Of a stretch of DNA of 64,000 bases, positions 1 to 12,302 are shown in pieces. The translations under genes and the position numbers were made by a program. Each line of letters begins with the position of its first letter. The stretch's first letter is position 1. Source of the stretch: Marsupella aquatica (lineage: Eukaryota > Plantae > Marchantiophyta); assembly GCA_973895155.1 (NCBI GenBank), contig OZ316895.1:3955659-4019658 (forward strand), in the 5' to 3' direction. The notes beneath the pieces are model-generated. The model worked only from the letters and a program-made list of their open reading frames with translations, ran no database searches and was not told the DNA's origin.

Positions 1-193
1 ATTAAGGATTTAGATCAAGTTACTTACTATAGATCTTAACTCTACCATAGTTAGTAACTATCCTGGCTGCCTACCTCGTGACGAGCTTTTGCAATCCTGG
101 ACTCTTTTGGTAATATTTATCTAGTGATGGTCCCATAGCCCAACTGGGTTCCTGCGGACATGAAGTTCATTCCTTTATTCATCGAGTTTTGAA

Positions 194-235
194 TCAAAAA
201 GATACGCATCCATTTGGAAGCGCGTATCTTTTTGA
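194..235. repeat. Short perfect inverted repeat (14-bp arms, hairpin)
   Basis: TCAAAAAGATACGC (194-207) is the exact reverse complement of GCGTATCTTTTTGA (222-235), with a 14-nt spacer. Confidence 0.8.
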
Positions 236-745
236 AGCGACAAGACTGTATAAGATCATGCTCGGCAGGGCAATAAGTGGTACCAAGTGTTGTATTTAGG
301 ATGGCTGACTGCTGTTTGTCCCAGGGGAAACAGATCACCTGCAAAGATAGACCTTCGATTTTCTTGACTCCCAATTGGTGCAGTGTTGGATGTTCGATGC
401 GAGCTTTCGTGGAGCATTCTTTCGACAACGTGATCACATGTAAAGGGTGGTGAATGTGTAGACGATCTTTGTGCGTGCTTCATAGTCACCATGATGGCCG
501 GTGACTCAGTCTCAATGATCGATCGAGGGGTCATCGAGGTCAGGATCATCATGGGTCCTTTGGTGCTTATGTTCTGACTGACTTCTGACTACTGTCCTCT
601 CAATTAATTAATTACGTCTTGCCTCTTGTTTATAATGTTTTTGCTGTGCAATGGAGTCACTTCACAACCTCGGCAATATCTAATCTATGCATATACTAGT
701 GAAAGGTCTGTTGCAAGGGCTCGACGTCAGGTTGACTTTCACCTT

Positions 746-787
746 GGTCAGTACGCCTCTGCACTCGGTCAGTACGCCTCTGCACTC
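746..787. repeat. 21-bp perfect tandem duplication
   Basis: GGTCAGTACGCCTCTGCACTC occurs twice back to back. Confidence 0.9.
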
Positions 788-3700
788 TTCTCCATTGACG
801 TACAGTAGGTTGGGAGTGGTCACAATTAGAAGTTCATAAGTATGTCAGTGTCATCAAATGGGAAAGGAAAGATATCACATCCGTTTATAAATTCTAGCAG
901 TAAATAGGAAATGTCCCCAAATTTTGAGAGTCCTTCATACTTGGGAGGAAAATTGGGCACAATGGACCATGACATGCTTTTCGATAAATAAAACTGTTTC
1001 GCTTCTCCTGCCAGTAATGCCCCACGAACCGGGGAAGGACGTGCTAGGCTGTGCGAAGGCATAGTTGAGGTTCTGGAAAAAAGTCACCAGGTATTAGACA
1101 ATCTTGCCAGACCTGCCAACCTTGTCTAGTCCGGCAATCAATTAGATATTCGCTGCATGCATATATGTGTGCAATACAATGCATTTCAGGAATATTGCCA
1201 CCCATCCGATGGAGGCTTAAATTACTGCAACGCAGTGAAGAATGTTCAGGACTATAGCTACCCATCCGACCAAGCCTTGAATTGAGGTTTAGCTGGAGGG
1301 GTAGTGCTACTAACTCAATGGACAGATAGTCCTTCCACTTATCAGAAAGTACTTAAGATACATGGCATTTAGCCAGTCCATCGCGGCTTCCATCCTTATG
1401 CCGCCTTCAAGTGGTGGTTGATCAAGATAGCACCCTGTTGTCATAGCGTAAAAGTTCATTTTGCTTTGGAACCAGGATTTCGTTTGCATGGAACATCGAC
1501 ATCACTTTCGTGTAATACTGATGTAGAAAAATGGAGAAGATTCTCGTTCTCGCACTCTTCAATCTTGCGCAAGGGAAAATGCTTTGTACTTTCCAATAGT
1601 GGAAATGACCCTGTTCACACACGGGTGGTAGCATTTCACACGAAAGTGTTTTATCCTTGCCCCAGTTTGTGAATATTGGTTAGTGTTTTATCAATATAAT
1701 ATGTTTGACATGTCAGATTCTAAACGAGAGCTGTGATGAAAAGCAGAAAGAAATCTTGGTACACGGCATCCCAAGCAGAAATTTTGGCCCTGCAAAATCT
1801 CCTTGCAATTAAACTAATCTTGATTGACTACTGTCGTACGAAAACTAATAGATGATGCGGATCCATACCTACCTCGTTTGAAGTGTGACTGCTTTTTACA
1901 ATTAAACTATAATTTTCCGATTAAAACCCTGACTCTCTTGACAGACTCTCCGGACCAGATGATCTTCAGACAATGTCCCTACATCGTGTATAGGCTGGAG
2001 GTTTTACTTCATCGTTCGCATTCTTCCGACAGCTACTTTCGGTGGTACAGTCAGCTCTGAATGCTGTAATTTTGGTTTCTAGATTTCAAAATATCCTATT
2101 GAGACCCAAAGTTTCATCGATGGAGCCCCCAGATAGGATGCTTCGAACAGTTCCACTTCAGTACACAAGCTACAGTTGTTTCATGCAGTCTTCTCATGCT
2201 TCAGACAATTGCGTTGAGTGATACAATAAACTCTGGGATCTCGTCTATACACGACATTTGCATCTATCTAATTGCCTGCAATGCGTGTGTTTGGTACAAG
2301 ATATGAAAAGCCGATAGCAATGAATGATTATATTGAAAGCTTCGCCAATCATTTTCAAATTCTGCGTAAAGTTAAGGTATTATGTGTCCAACTTAACCTG
2401 CAGCATCCTTTGTTTTCCAAGTATGAAGCTATTCCTCGAGGCACTGTGACTATACTTTAAAAACAGTAGAATAGCCTGTAATTGAAAAGCTTTGAGTGAT
2501 AACAAAATTCCCACGCCTTCACATTACTATTCCACGGATTTCTCATTTGGAGGCTTTCAGCTCCACGCAAAGGTGATTGGTAGATTATTTATGGTTTATC
2601 TATACCCATACCTCAATATTTTTGTCAATGGTGAGGAGAGAATTGTCTGGGTGACAATCATAAACTTTTTTTGGTGACATTTTTTCCTGAGGATCTAAAA
2701 GCGTCACTGTGCACTTTTTCCACGCCCAATTTCCACTTTCCTCCACCTTGCACATTTCTTGAAATTCAGAGGCCAGGACGACCCCCCACTCCCCACGGCT
2801 AGTCATCTTACTTATGCTCGACAAAAATTTTGCTTAACAGTCACTTACTTCTGACAATACTGTGCACTGTGAGGGCATTTGGCTAGTGATTTATAATATG
2901 AATCATCCGCGTGCTAAGAACCAGCCCAGGCATGGTCACTGGGAAATAAAACGTGGAAGTAAATGGGAGTAGTAGCTTGGCCAGATTGAAGGGCAGCTCA
3001 TATCTATGCTGCTCAAAATTAGATCTCTATGCTGGACGAGATCCTTAGCTGGGCCATTCATTTAATGTCTGGGAACCAATGTCACTGTTTGAATGGAATA
3101 ATTCGTTAAAAAGGTGTCCACCTCCTGAAACAGGATATGAGGTTTGCTGCGGCACGGAAAACTTCGCTTTGGACCGAATTCGGTTCCAACATACTCCTGC
3201 CGTATCGAATTGCACAATAAATCTCATTCTAAAATATTCCTTCTGAACTGCCGAGGACTGACCGATGTCCATCTCTGGGTGGCAGCTCACTGACAGGAGA
3301 ATTTCATGCTCTGTACTAGGAAGGCTGGACAATATTAGGTACTGTTTGCGCGAAAAAGGGGAACTGAATAGGAAACAATGCGATCTATCCATGGTTCAAC
3401 CGCAATCCAAAGTCATATTGAAAACAAGAAATAGGTGACCCTTGCAAACGTTTCAAAAATTCGAACAGGTGGTCCACAATTGCATTGCTTCACTTTTCAC
3501 TTCTACAGTAGGTTTCAAATTAGGCAGGTCTGTTCATAGCGAGACCTTGTAAACTTCAAGAATGAGAATGAAAATTCAAAAAACACTAGGGCTTTACAAG
3601 AGGAGAGGGTCCTTTGCTCTAAGGCTAAATCTAGACTCTATAATGAGTGAAAACGGTTGCAGTAGACTATACAAGAAATAGGGGCCATTCAGGTGTGATG

Positions 3701-4299
3701 TCTATGGATCCTACATGACCAAGAGTGGACTCAAAGAAATGTTGATGGAATGTCTTATTTTGTCTAGTGTTTTAGACCACCTCCAAAAGTGATCCAAACA
3801 TTTCCCAGATTTTGACTCCTTCGTTCAATAGATTTGTATTTATTAAATTTCATTTCAAAATTCCATGTATTGAACTTCATGTCTATATCAGAACATTTTT
3901 GGTCTTGAGATTATTTCAAAACATGAAGTGACCCTTTAATTTGTTGGTGAAAACCGACACTTCATTTCAAAAATCTACTTATTTCATTTCAAATACTTTT
4001 AATGAATCAAGGAGTTTCTTTTAAAGACTTCATTCATTTCAAAAATCTATTTATTGAACTTCTCAAGACTATGTTTCAAAGAACAAGTGGGCCTCCAATT
4101 TTGGTGAAAAAGGCCACTTCATTTCAGAAAAACTTTTGGTGCCCAGACTTTAAAACAAGAAGTGGCCCTGGAATTTATTATATTTTGGCGGAAAAAGCCA
4201 CAAGTACCCCAGAAACGTTTTGGGGGTGGAGACTATTTCAGAAACCAGAATGGGCATTCCAATTTGTTTAGGGTGAAAAGGGGCACAAGAGCGCACAGA

Positions 4300-4650
4300 C
4301 CCTAACCAGTCAACTCGCTTCAAAGTCACAAGGGCTTACACATCGTGCAAAGCCCCCCTAATTAGTCAACAGTTGTGCTTTGTGTGGTAAAAAAAATGTC
4401 ACATGTGCACACACATCTTGTGAGCTCACCCTAAGTAATCAATTTGATTAAAAGTCACGAGTGCACACACATCTTGTGAGCCGCCCACCACAATTAGTCA
4501 ATCTGATTAAAAGTCACAGTGCACACACATCTTTAGCGCCCACCCTAATTAGTCAATTTGATTAAAAGTCGCAAGTGCACACGCATCTTGTGAAGCCCCC
4601 TTGATTAGTCAACACACACATCTTGTGAAGCCCCCTTAATTAGTCAACTC
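4300..4650. repeat. Degenerate tandem array (~55-60 bp unit, shorter final units)
   Basis: Recurring TAATTAGTCAA...TTAAAAGTCAC..GTGCACACACATCTTGTGA..CCC, about 6-7 units. Confidence 0.85.
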
Positions 4651-5276
4651 ATTGTGAACATACTCTGCTTTCCTCTAAAGACTGAATCCGACGTCTTTTC
4701 AAGAAACCTAAAAACTCCAATAGTCGGAACTAACCGTAACATTCAACTGAGAAGACACCAACTTGGACTATGGTACCACCGATTCTGCATGACTCCGTCG
4801 CTTCGACTATTTCAGCAGCAAGCAAGCAAGCAACATGCCGCAGCTGATGCGATAGTTCAGGTGGTCACTTCCATGACCTTGCAAACAAGGTTCAATCAGA
4901 TTGGATGTTTGGGTTGAATGTTGACCATCAGTGAAGATTGTGCGGAGATAGCATCTGGTAGAAGATTGTGGACATGGTCGCAGCAGGTTGGCTCGGTCAA
5001 TTTGTGAGTAATTCATACCTCTCCCAACGGCGCTTAACGGAAAGATAATTCACCCTGTTACCAGTTCGCTTGCCATTTCTTTCGAGAAGTCGTCAAGCTT
5101 ACTCGCAGGCTTCTAACGTAGTCTGTGTGAAGTATGCAAGGAATCAAATCTTGGGCTAATCCCTGAAAGTCAAGACAGGACCCAAAAGGCAAATCGAATA
5201 CCTGGTAGTGTATTCGGAAATTGATCTTCTCCAAAGTTGAGTTTGAAAAAGATACGTTGCGAACGGGAAACAAGCG

Positions 5277-5395
5277 ATTCATTCACGATTTGGGTCAATT
5301 CAATGTGAAAGTTACGAGAGATCGAGAGAGAGAGAGAATTCATTCACGACTTGGGTCTTCAATGTGAAAGTTACGAGAGATCGAGAGAGAGTAAG
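5277..5395. repeat. ~60-bp tandem duplication with (GA)n, probably in the PUB 3' region
   Basis: ATTCATTCACGA(T/C)TTGGGTC..TTCAATGTGAAAGTTACGAGAGATCGAGAGAGAG occurs twice. Confidence 0.85.
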
Positions 5396-5793
5396 AAGGA
5401 TTGATACACGTTGCAGACAGAAATTGGTGTGGGGAGGATAAAAATTACAGCATTCCTCCCAAAAGAATGTGTTCAATAATTTGTTACATATGATACAAGC
5501 CAATTCATACGATGCTGCATTTGGCCTCGAGGATCGATTGAGCTACAGCGAAAGGCGCCGGATTCATCTCCAATGTCTAGTCGGACCTGCGAACCTTTCC
5601 TTTCCCACCTCGCTCCTCCTATCTCGATCCTTTTCCCGGGCAGGTAGCCAACAAAAGGCAGCTGGAGGACTGATAAGAGCTGTGAACGTTGCTTGCTAAA
5701 AAGACGACACTCTCGATCGAGGCGAGGGTGCAAGAAATACTATGCCAAGCCATGTCCTGCCATGCCATGCATTGCCAGTTCAAAGGCAGGGGA

Positions 5794-7080
5794 TCAAAAG
5801 GGTGTGATTCGAGAGAGAGCCTTCTTGCCCGGACTGCAAGGGTGAAGGCTCCACACGTCTCGGAGGAGCTTCAGCAGCTCCACAGCCTTTTGCTTGGTCC
5901 TCTGTGAGCAATCCGTCTGCAACAGCAGAAGCAGTCTCGTGAACGCCCCTGCCTGAACTGCCGAATCCCTCACCTCCGAGCAATTTGTCGCGTATATGCA
6001 AGCCATCCACAAGATCACAACGGCGTGCTCGGTCGTCGAGTCCGACGCTCTGAGAATGAGCTTCACTAGCATGGGGATCGCCAGGGCGTGCTCGCTGATG
6101 GCTTCCCGGCCCTCAGCACAAGACGAGAGCAGCTCCAAGATTTTCAAGGCCCGTTCCAGCATTCCTCGTGTCTCGGTTGAGGGAAGTATCTCCACGAGCG
6201 CAGAAACTGCGCCCAACTCCACAGCCTTGATCCGATTCTTCCTCACTGCGCAAAGAGCTAGCAAGCATTTCAAGCTCGCCTTCACTGCCTTCGGGTAGAA
6301 TTGCTCCTTCAGCAAACCCACCAAGGGCTCCATCACCCCATCAACTTCTGCAATGGTGTGCTTCAAGTCGGTGTTCTTCGTGAGCCCTTCCAGTACCAGG
6401 GCGGCATTAACTTTCGATTCTATGCTCCCGTTCTTCAGAAACCAGCAGATGCAAGCCAATTGCTGGGGGCCAGCTACCACTCTATCCATGAAATCTACAC
6501 TTGCGATCAAAACCACTGTCGCCAAAGTTTCCTCGACCAGCTCAATCCAGAGCTTATTGTTAACACTAATGTCGTTGCTACTGCTCCCATCTCGCCCATC
6601 TTCTAATTGCACACCTTCAGTGGAAAGGACCGCCACGAGAACCTGCAATGCTCCGGCATCTGCTATGCACTTTCTATTCTTTTCGCTCTCTCTCCCCAAG
6701 TTTCGGAGCCTCTTCACTATACCATAAGACCTGCTCATAGTACATGAGGCGGCTTTCAACTCTTGAAGCATGGCCTTCACCTCTTCAGGCTGGGCAGGTA
6801 GCTTCGGGGTCGGAATCCGTTCCACTCCTTTGGATCGATTAAGGACGCACCACTCCTGAATTAGCCGCCTCAAGGTGTGGTTGGGCGTCAACTGAGCGTT
6901 TTCCAAGACCTGCATCGTGGCCGGGCACGTCTGGTTGCCCTCGTCCAGCCACTTCTCGATACTGGACCGATCATATGTCATTCCCGTGCTCAATGTCACC
7001 GGATCTCTCATGAGATCTAGCGAGATTGGGCACATGAAGTAGGGCGGGACCGTCACATTTTGGAGCTTCATCGAGACCAT
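5794..7080 (-). CDS. PUB: Plant U-box E3 ubiquitin ligase with ARM-like repeats (PUB20-26/CMPG1 class, closest to PUB25/26 by motif); intronless, 428 aa
   Basis: N-terminal U-box VPPYFMCPISLDLMRDPVTLSTGMTYDRSSIEKW...TCPAT...LTPNHTLRRLIQEWC, then the class signature GVERIPTPK and ARM-like helices (NRIKAVELGAVSALVE, LELLSSCAEGR, LLLLLQTDCSQRTKQKA). Confidence 0.96.
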   Translation of the reverse strand: MVSMKLQNVTVPPYFMCPISLDLMRDPVTLSTGMTYDRSSIEKWLDEGNQTCPATMQVLENAQLTPNHTLRRLIQEWCVLNRSKGVERIPTPKLPAQPEEVKAMLQELKAASCTMSRSYGIVKRLRNLGRESEKNRKCIADAGALQVLVAVLSTEGVQLEDGRDGSSSNDISVNNKLWIELVEETLATVVLIASVDFMDRVVAGPQQLACICWFLKNGSIESKVNAALVLEGLTKNTDLKHTIAEVDGVMEPLVGLLKEQFYPKAVKASLKCLLALCAVRKNRIKAVELGAVSALVEILPSTETRGMLERALKILELLSSCAEGREAISEHALAIPMLVKLILRASDSTTEHAVVILWMACIYATNCSEVRDSAVQAGAFTRLLLLLQTDCSQRTKQKAVELLKLLRDVWSLHPCSPGKKALSRITPF

Positions 7081-7135
7081 TCTCGGAAGCCCTCCTGCAA
7101 TCCGCCGACGAATCGACTCCAGGATGCCAAATCAT
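6971..7135 (-). promoter_or_regulatory. Out-of-frame upstream ORF (54 aa) overlapping the PUB start codon
   Basis: ATG at 7135 lies 55 nt upstream of the PUB ATG (not a multiple of 3). It reads MIWHPGVDSSADCRRASENGLDEAPK...GNDI to TGA at 6973-6971. Translation is not demonstrated. Confidence 0.45.
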
Positions 7136-9499
7136 AAACTCCCTTCAAAATCCTTTCTATTGATCAATACTACAGAATCTCGACAATCTCCTTCGACGAA
7201 CACGAAAGCTACGGACAGAATCTCGACCAGCAAACTCCTACACTTCGCGAGAAAACTATGCAATCCCTTTAAAAATCTCTTTCCACCCAGTCACACTATA
7301 TGAGCCACAAATATGGGCCAGTCTGTCTGTTCCGCGAGGCACGGTGCGTTGTGTGGCTAGAGTAGAGAAAGTACCAATGTCAGAATTTGGTTCCAAGGTG
7401 GAGCAGCGAAAGGCAATGTATGAGAGGAGCTGATCGGAAATAGTAGTCAAGAGGTGAAAGTGCAGAGCGGGCTAAATAATAGAAACAGGAAAGGTAACAG
7501 CAGGCAAGCTTTGGTCCTACATTCACTCCATTATTAGAGAGATTGCGACCGCCGATATTTGACTCTGACCGACGCACAAGAAAGGCCTTCCTTGCGGACA
7601 GATTTGTCAAAGCCACACCGTCGAACGGCTTCTTTGATTGAAACCCAAGACAGTTCAGCTGCACGGGAGTTGAATCCGCTTTCTCTCTCTCGACTGTGGA
7701 CCGAATCTTCGCGACTGCGGACTGTTTCAGATGAACGAGCAAGTTCGGGGTTGTACCCAAGGCCGGCGATTAGGAGATCCGTGGGTTACTGGGTTGTATC
7801 GTTTCTCCATATATGGCCCTGGAGAGAGAGGCACACACTTCACCACTCCCACAGTCCCACCTCCAAAACGCTCGTTGACATCGGCATTCAAGAGGCTTGG
7901 GCTGGTCAAGGTAGACTCGGTGCTTGCTCGAGATGAGTAGCGGTCACACTTTTCCTAATAAGTACCTGGCACCGCCACATGTGGTATTTTCTCTCACACT
8001 CTCTCGCCAGTATAGCTCAGCACTTATCGTATCCATAGCTGTACTGTACATCCAGAGGTGGAGGGCAAAGCTCTCGAAGTTGGAGACGAGCATCCACATG
8101 CTGCAGCTGCAGCCGGTGCCATATATAATTATAATGCAGAGCACGATTGCCAATACCTCGTCACGTCGGCGTAGGTACCGTATATACTCCTGCTCCTAGA
8201 TCCTGAGGTCAACCTGAGCGAACTTGGTAGAGGCCCACTTTAAATCACTTTCAAAGGACAGCACCGGGTTAAATTGTCAACACCAGTCACTTGATTGTCT
8301 AGGTAGCCGTGTGCAGCAGCAACAGCGGGAGCAGGAGCAGCATAGCATGGTCCCCAGACCACAGCTGAACTCCAGCTTGCTCAGTCAGTGAGCTACTGAG
8401 CTCCCACTTCCCACACTTGAAAGCTGGGAATTGAACGGCTGGCGAAGTCCAGAGGTGTGATTGTTTTCATAGGCAGTAAGTAGTAGGGATGAGAATCTTC
8501 AATCTGGGAGTTGAGACCGGTGGTGAATTTACTGGTGGCAATGGACATTCACTCGCTCATTCATCACTCGACTTACTACTACGATAGAGTACTGTACTCA
8601 TCACACTCATGAGAGAAGGTTGAATTTTCAATTGCTGAGTGAGAGTCTGGTTGGCGAAGACCTGTCAGCCGCTTTTCTTGACCGGGATTAATTCCACATC
8701 ACTCTGATTTGCTTTTTTGCCGTGCAAGGTTTGTGAGGTGATAATTATTGTCGGGCCCATTTCTCTCGATCGGGCGATCGATAGATGAGTATTCGTGTCG
8801 GTCAACTCCTTTTGAGTTTTAGCATGACGTGTGATTAATTGCAAAAATAGACCACTGCTGTGCTGTAGAGGTATGCGCTGGGGACTGCTCCAGCTTCCCA
8901 GTAATGAGTTCTTTTAACCTCAGGATTCATAATCAAAACTTATGGGTCTTGTGATTGAGTTTGACTATGGACAGCTAACCTTTATATTCACTCCCTCCCA
9001 AAATAAAAGCAACAATAGGAAGTCACAAAACTGGGTACTGTAGCTGGTTGATTGTACAGATTCATGGTCCATCCCATAACTGGGGTTACCAGTCCCAGTT
9101 AACACTTTTTAAATGGGCGAGGTGTTGTGATCTTTCTCTATAGGAGCCACAGATTGGCTAGCATCACTTTTATAGGAGTTCTTGTAACACTTGAGTTACT
9201 CGAGTAAAATGAGCTGATATAGTTGCATTTTGGAACACCCTAACCTACTTTTTTGTAAACTCTGGGCTCCAATAGTACCAACAAAACCACTATTTCTGGC
9301 TGTTGGTGAGCTATCGCCAAATCTCCTCCAAAAACAAAAATGCCCCAAACTGGACGGTGAGATTCATGTTGTGCTCACTATGGCCCTTTGTCGAGCTCCC
9401 AGCGATAAGCTTAATCATGCACTAGCTGGACCGTCCTGTGTTATGGAGCCCTTCACTAAACTGAAGGTGACATACTGGCAAGGGCCTCCCCAACAGCAA

Positions 9500-9990
9500 A
9501 ACAAGTTTCATCTCCAATCTCACCTCATGTACAGTTGTACGAAAGAACTGTGGTTTACATCTTCACTTTGGGTCTCGGTAACTGCACATCAAAATATGAC
9601 ATAGATGATGTACGACACCCCTGCATACCGTGATAACCCTAGTTTATTTCTTTCAATCAATGAATGCAACCACATTTTGATGTATGATTACCAGCACGGC
9701 TTCACTTTTAGGTAGGGATGGGATGTGCAGAAGTAGGGCTTTAGTGTAGTTCTCTGGGGTTATTTGGCTCTTTGCTTGTCTAGAGGTTTTTTAAATCTTG
9801 TTTTCTTTTGTTGCCTCCTCTTTACTGGGCCTCCTGCTTTGGTGATCTTTTTTATTTTATTTTATTTTCTCCTCTTTATTGGGTCTCCTTCTATTGGGAT
9901 TTTCTTTCCCCTTGATTTCTCTCCTGCCTTTAATGTCTTCTCCCCCATTTTGGCTCGTTTGTTCTTTGGCGGTGTATTAAATGGGTCAAA
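9500..9990. mobile_element. Degenerate dispersed repeat, homologous (inverted) to ~17000-17640; probably a non-LTR retroelement 3' remnant
   Basis: The reverse complement of 9545-9615 (GTACATCATCTATGTCATATTTTGATGTGCAGTTACCGAG...GTGAAGATGTAAACCACA) aligns with 17453-17510 (GTACATTGTCACATTTTGATGTGCGATTGTCGAG...GTGAAACATGTGGACCACA). A related CTAAAG(G)CCTAC motif recurs near 9735, 17145, 19770 and 48970. Confidence 0.45.
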
Positions 9991-10768
9991 AAAAGCTCGC
10001 AACCAAATTCCACTGGTCAAAACAAGATGCATCAAAATCCCACTGGTCAAATGGCCCTTTCGGTGGAGATATAGTTTTCTTTGTTGGAAAAAGATACTCC
10101 ACATCGATTGGTCGTGGTTTGGTGACAATATGATGGTCGTACCTTCCATTCCAACTAAGCAGTCTTCTCATTCTTTACGAAACCCTACAATAGAATATAA
10201 GCTTGTGGCAAAATAAATTAAATAAGTACATAAAGTAGGGTGTCAGTCAATTATGCTATGGATGCGAGGGAGGGACGACCCTAGCCTACACTAGAAAATA
10301 TGCTTGTGACAAAATAAATGAATAAATAAGAAGTTATGCTGTGCCTGGGAGAGGGGGATAGGGATCAGCTTAATTTATAAAATAAGGTTTCACCATTTTC
10401 TGGATGAGTTCAGATAAGATACTAGGAATATTAGTTATCTAATTTTCTTAATTGATTCTTGGCTATCAGGTCCCCTAGAATTAAAGATAGTAACAGATCA
10501 ATGACAAGGTTAAAAATTTAACAAATTTTTGCCAACATGGCGAAGATTTTTTAGAGAGGTGGAATCTAGCAAATTTTCACCATTAGATGGTATGAGACTG
10601 AGTTGAGGTTGTAACAACAGCCTTTTAGGGCGGGTCAATGTTGCCTCGCCCCATATTACAAAAATACTTAACTGGGTCCCATGAGCAGAGTTATGGGATG
10701 GACCATAAATGTGTAACCCTCAACCATGGTCCAATTTTGAGACACCCTAAGGAAGATCGGACTTTGGA

Positions 10769-11151
10769 GGAGACATTACTTGATGGACCAAACCAAAGTT
10801 ATCTTCCCAACCAACCAAAGAGATCTATTTTATGGACCCCTAAATTGACAAGTGTTACTTGATGGACCCCTAATTGACAAGTGTTACTTGATGGACCCCA
10901 TAAGATTTTGGGTATGTTGATTTAAGGTCATCAACAGACATATCAAGTCTGGAGCACTCATGGATCCATGAAGTAACACTTTTGAATTTTTTTAAGGTTT
11001 GCACTAGCTTTCTTTTTCTTTGTTTGATGTTTTTGTCCTCTTTGGACCTCTTTTTCTTGGGACTACTTTTTCTTGCCTTGCAATGTACTTTTACTTTTTC
11101 CTGGTATATAAACTTCTTCTTTTGGGGGGGCTCCATCAAATAAATGTTTCC
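10769..11151. mobile_element. MITE-like element with imperfect terminal inverted repeats and an internal ~29-bp tandem duplication
   Basis: Left end GGAGACATTACTTGATGGACC; right end reverse complement GGAAACATTTATTTGATGGAGCC; internal ATGGACCCCTAA(A)TTGACAAGTGTTACTTG twice. No TSD recognised. Confidence 0.55.
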
Positions 11152-11329
11152 ATATAGGAGCGGACAAGGGAGAGGATGGAAAAAGTTACTTTCGGTGAGA
11201 TCACGTTGAGCTGAAAGCCGTCGCTGAGCACATACGTACGTGGTACGCCGTTCCGCGCTAGTGACTGGACCGCATTTTCGGAGATTTCACCAAATCCACA
11301 TGCGTTTTCCGCGACCAATGCGCACCGGC

Positions 11330-11840
11330 CACGCTGCCCGGGTCGCGATCCCAGCAGGGGCAGACTCTTCTCCGTGCAGACTTCGGGCAGGCGCTTCCGG
11401 GCAGCGGGCAGGCGGAGCCTTTCCACGTACTGTAGGTTTGACGATCGTTTCGCTCTGTGCGTCGGTAACCCCACCTGCTGCCCGCGGGCAGAGTACGGGT
11501 AAAGGAAGGAAAAGCTTTTGGCAGGGCTGTCGGGCAGGGGGCAGGGATTTCCGGGTAGCGGGCAGATGCTTTCCACGCACGTTAGGTTTCACTATCGTTT
11601 TGCTCTTTGGGTCGGTAAACCCCCACCTTCTGCCCGGAATGAAAATGTTTGGCCGGGCTGTCGGGCAGGCGTTAGGAGTGTCAGATTTGGGCAGGGGGAG
11701 CCGAGGCAGAGTCCAGGTACAGATGGAAGGGAATTTTTGCCGGGCGGTCGGGCAGGGTTGGGCAGGTCCGGGCAAGGCAGAGTCGAGGTAGACGTGCAAG
11801 AAACTTTTGCCCTGGCGGTCGGGCAGGCGGTGGGGTTCAT
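11330..11840. repeat. GC-rich repeat block (duplicated ~150-bp unit plus many GTCGGGCAGG motifs), likely a TE subterminal region
   Basis: TTCCACG.AC.(G/T)TAGGTTT.AC.ATCGTTT.GCTCT.TG.GTCGGTAA..CCCACCT.CTGCCCG occurs at ~11421 and ~11571, with repeated CGGGCAGG. Confidence 0.7.
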
Positions 11841-12302
11841 CACTGCAGACTAGACAGAACACCACACGAACATAATAATAATTCATTTGCCGTGCTGACC
11901 GACCAAGCGCACGTCACGTCTTGCTTGAGTTGACTGCCCCGGTCACTGTACACCGCGCGAAAATGATAACTTACTGTTGCTTTTTCATGAAAACATAAAC
12001 TCTTCCGAACGTGTCTTTGAAATAAAATCTTTCACACCAGTGAAACTTTAGAGTATCGTCTCAAGCAAGAGTTTGGCTCTGATGATACTGTAGCATCATG
12101 AGAGGTCAACGTGGAAGGTTTCTAAAAATTAGGATAGCACTTTATTGTACCCCACTCATACTCTAACGCCGACTTGAAACATTACTGTACTTGTTTTCCA
12201 TTTTAGAAAGAATTTTAGATATCAGTATATATTTCTTACATTGATACTCGCTCGTTCTCATTTTCAATTTTTAGTGTATTTTATGCACTGAAAATTCATT
12301 GG

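Noticed and set aside
5996-6727. Plus-strand ORFs of 100-124 aa
   Set aside because: Antisense shadows of the PUB coding sequence.
11136-11886. Overlapping 111-199 aa ORFs on both strands
   Set aside because: Explained by GC-rich repeats lacking stop codons; no protein motif.
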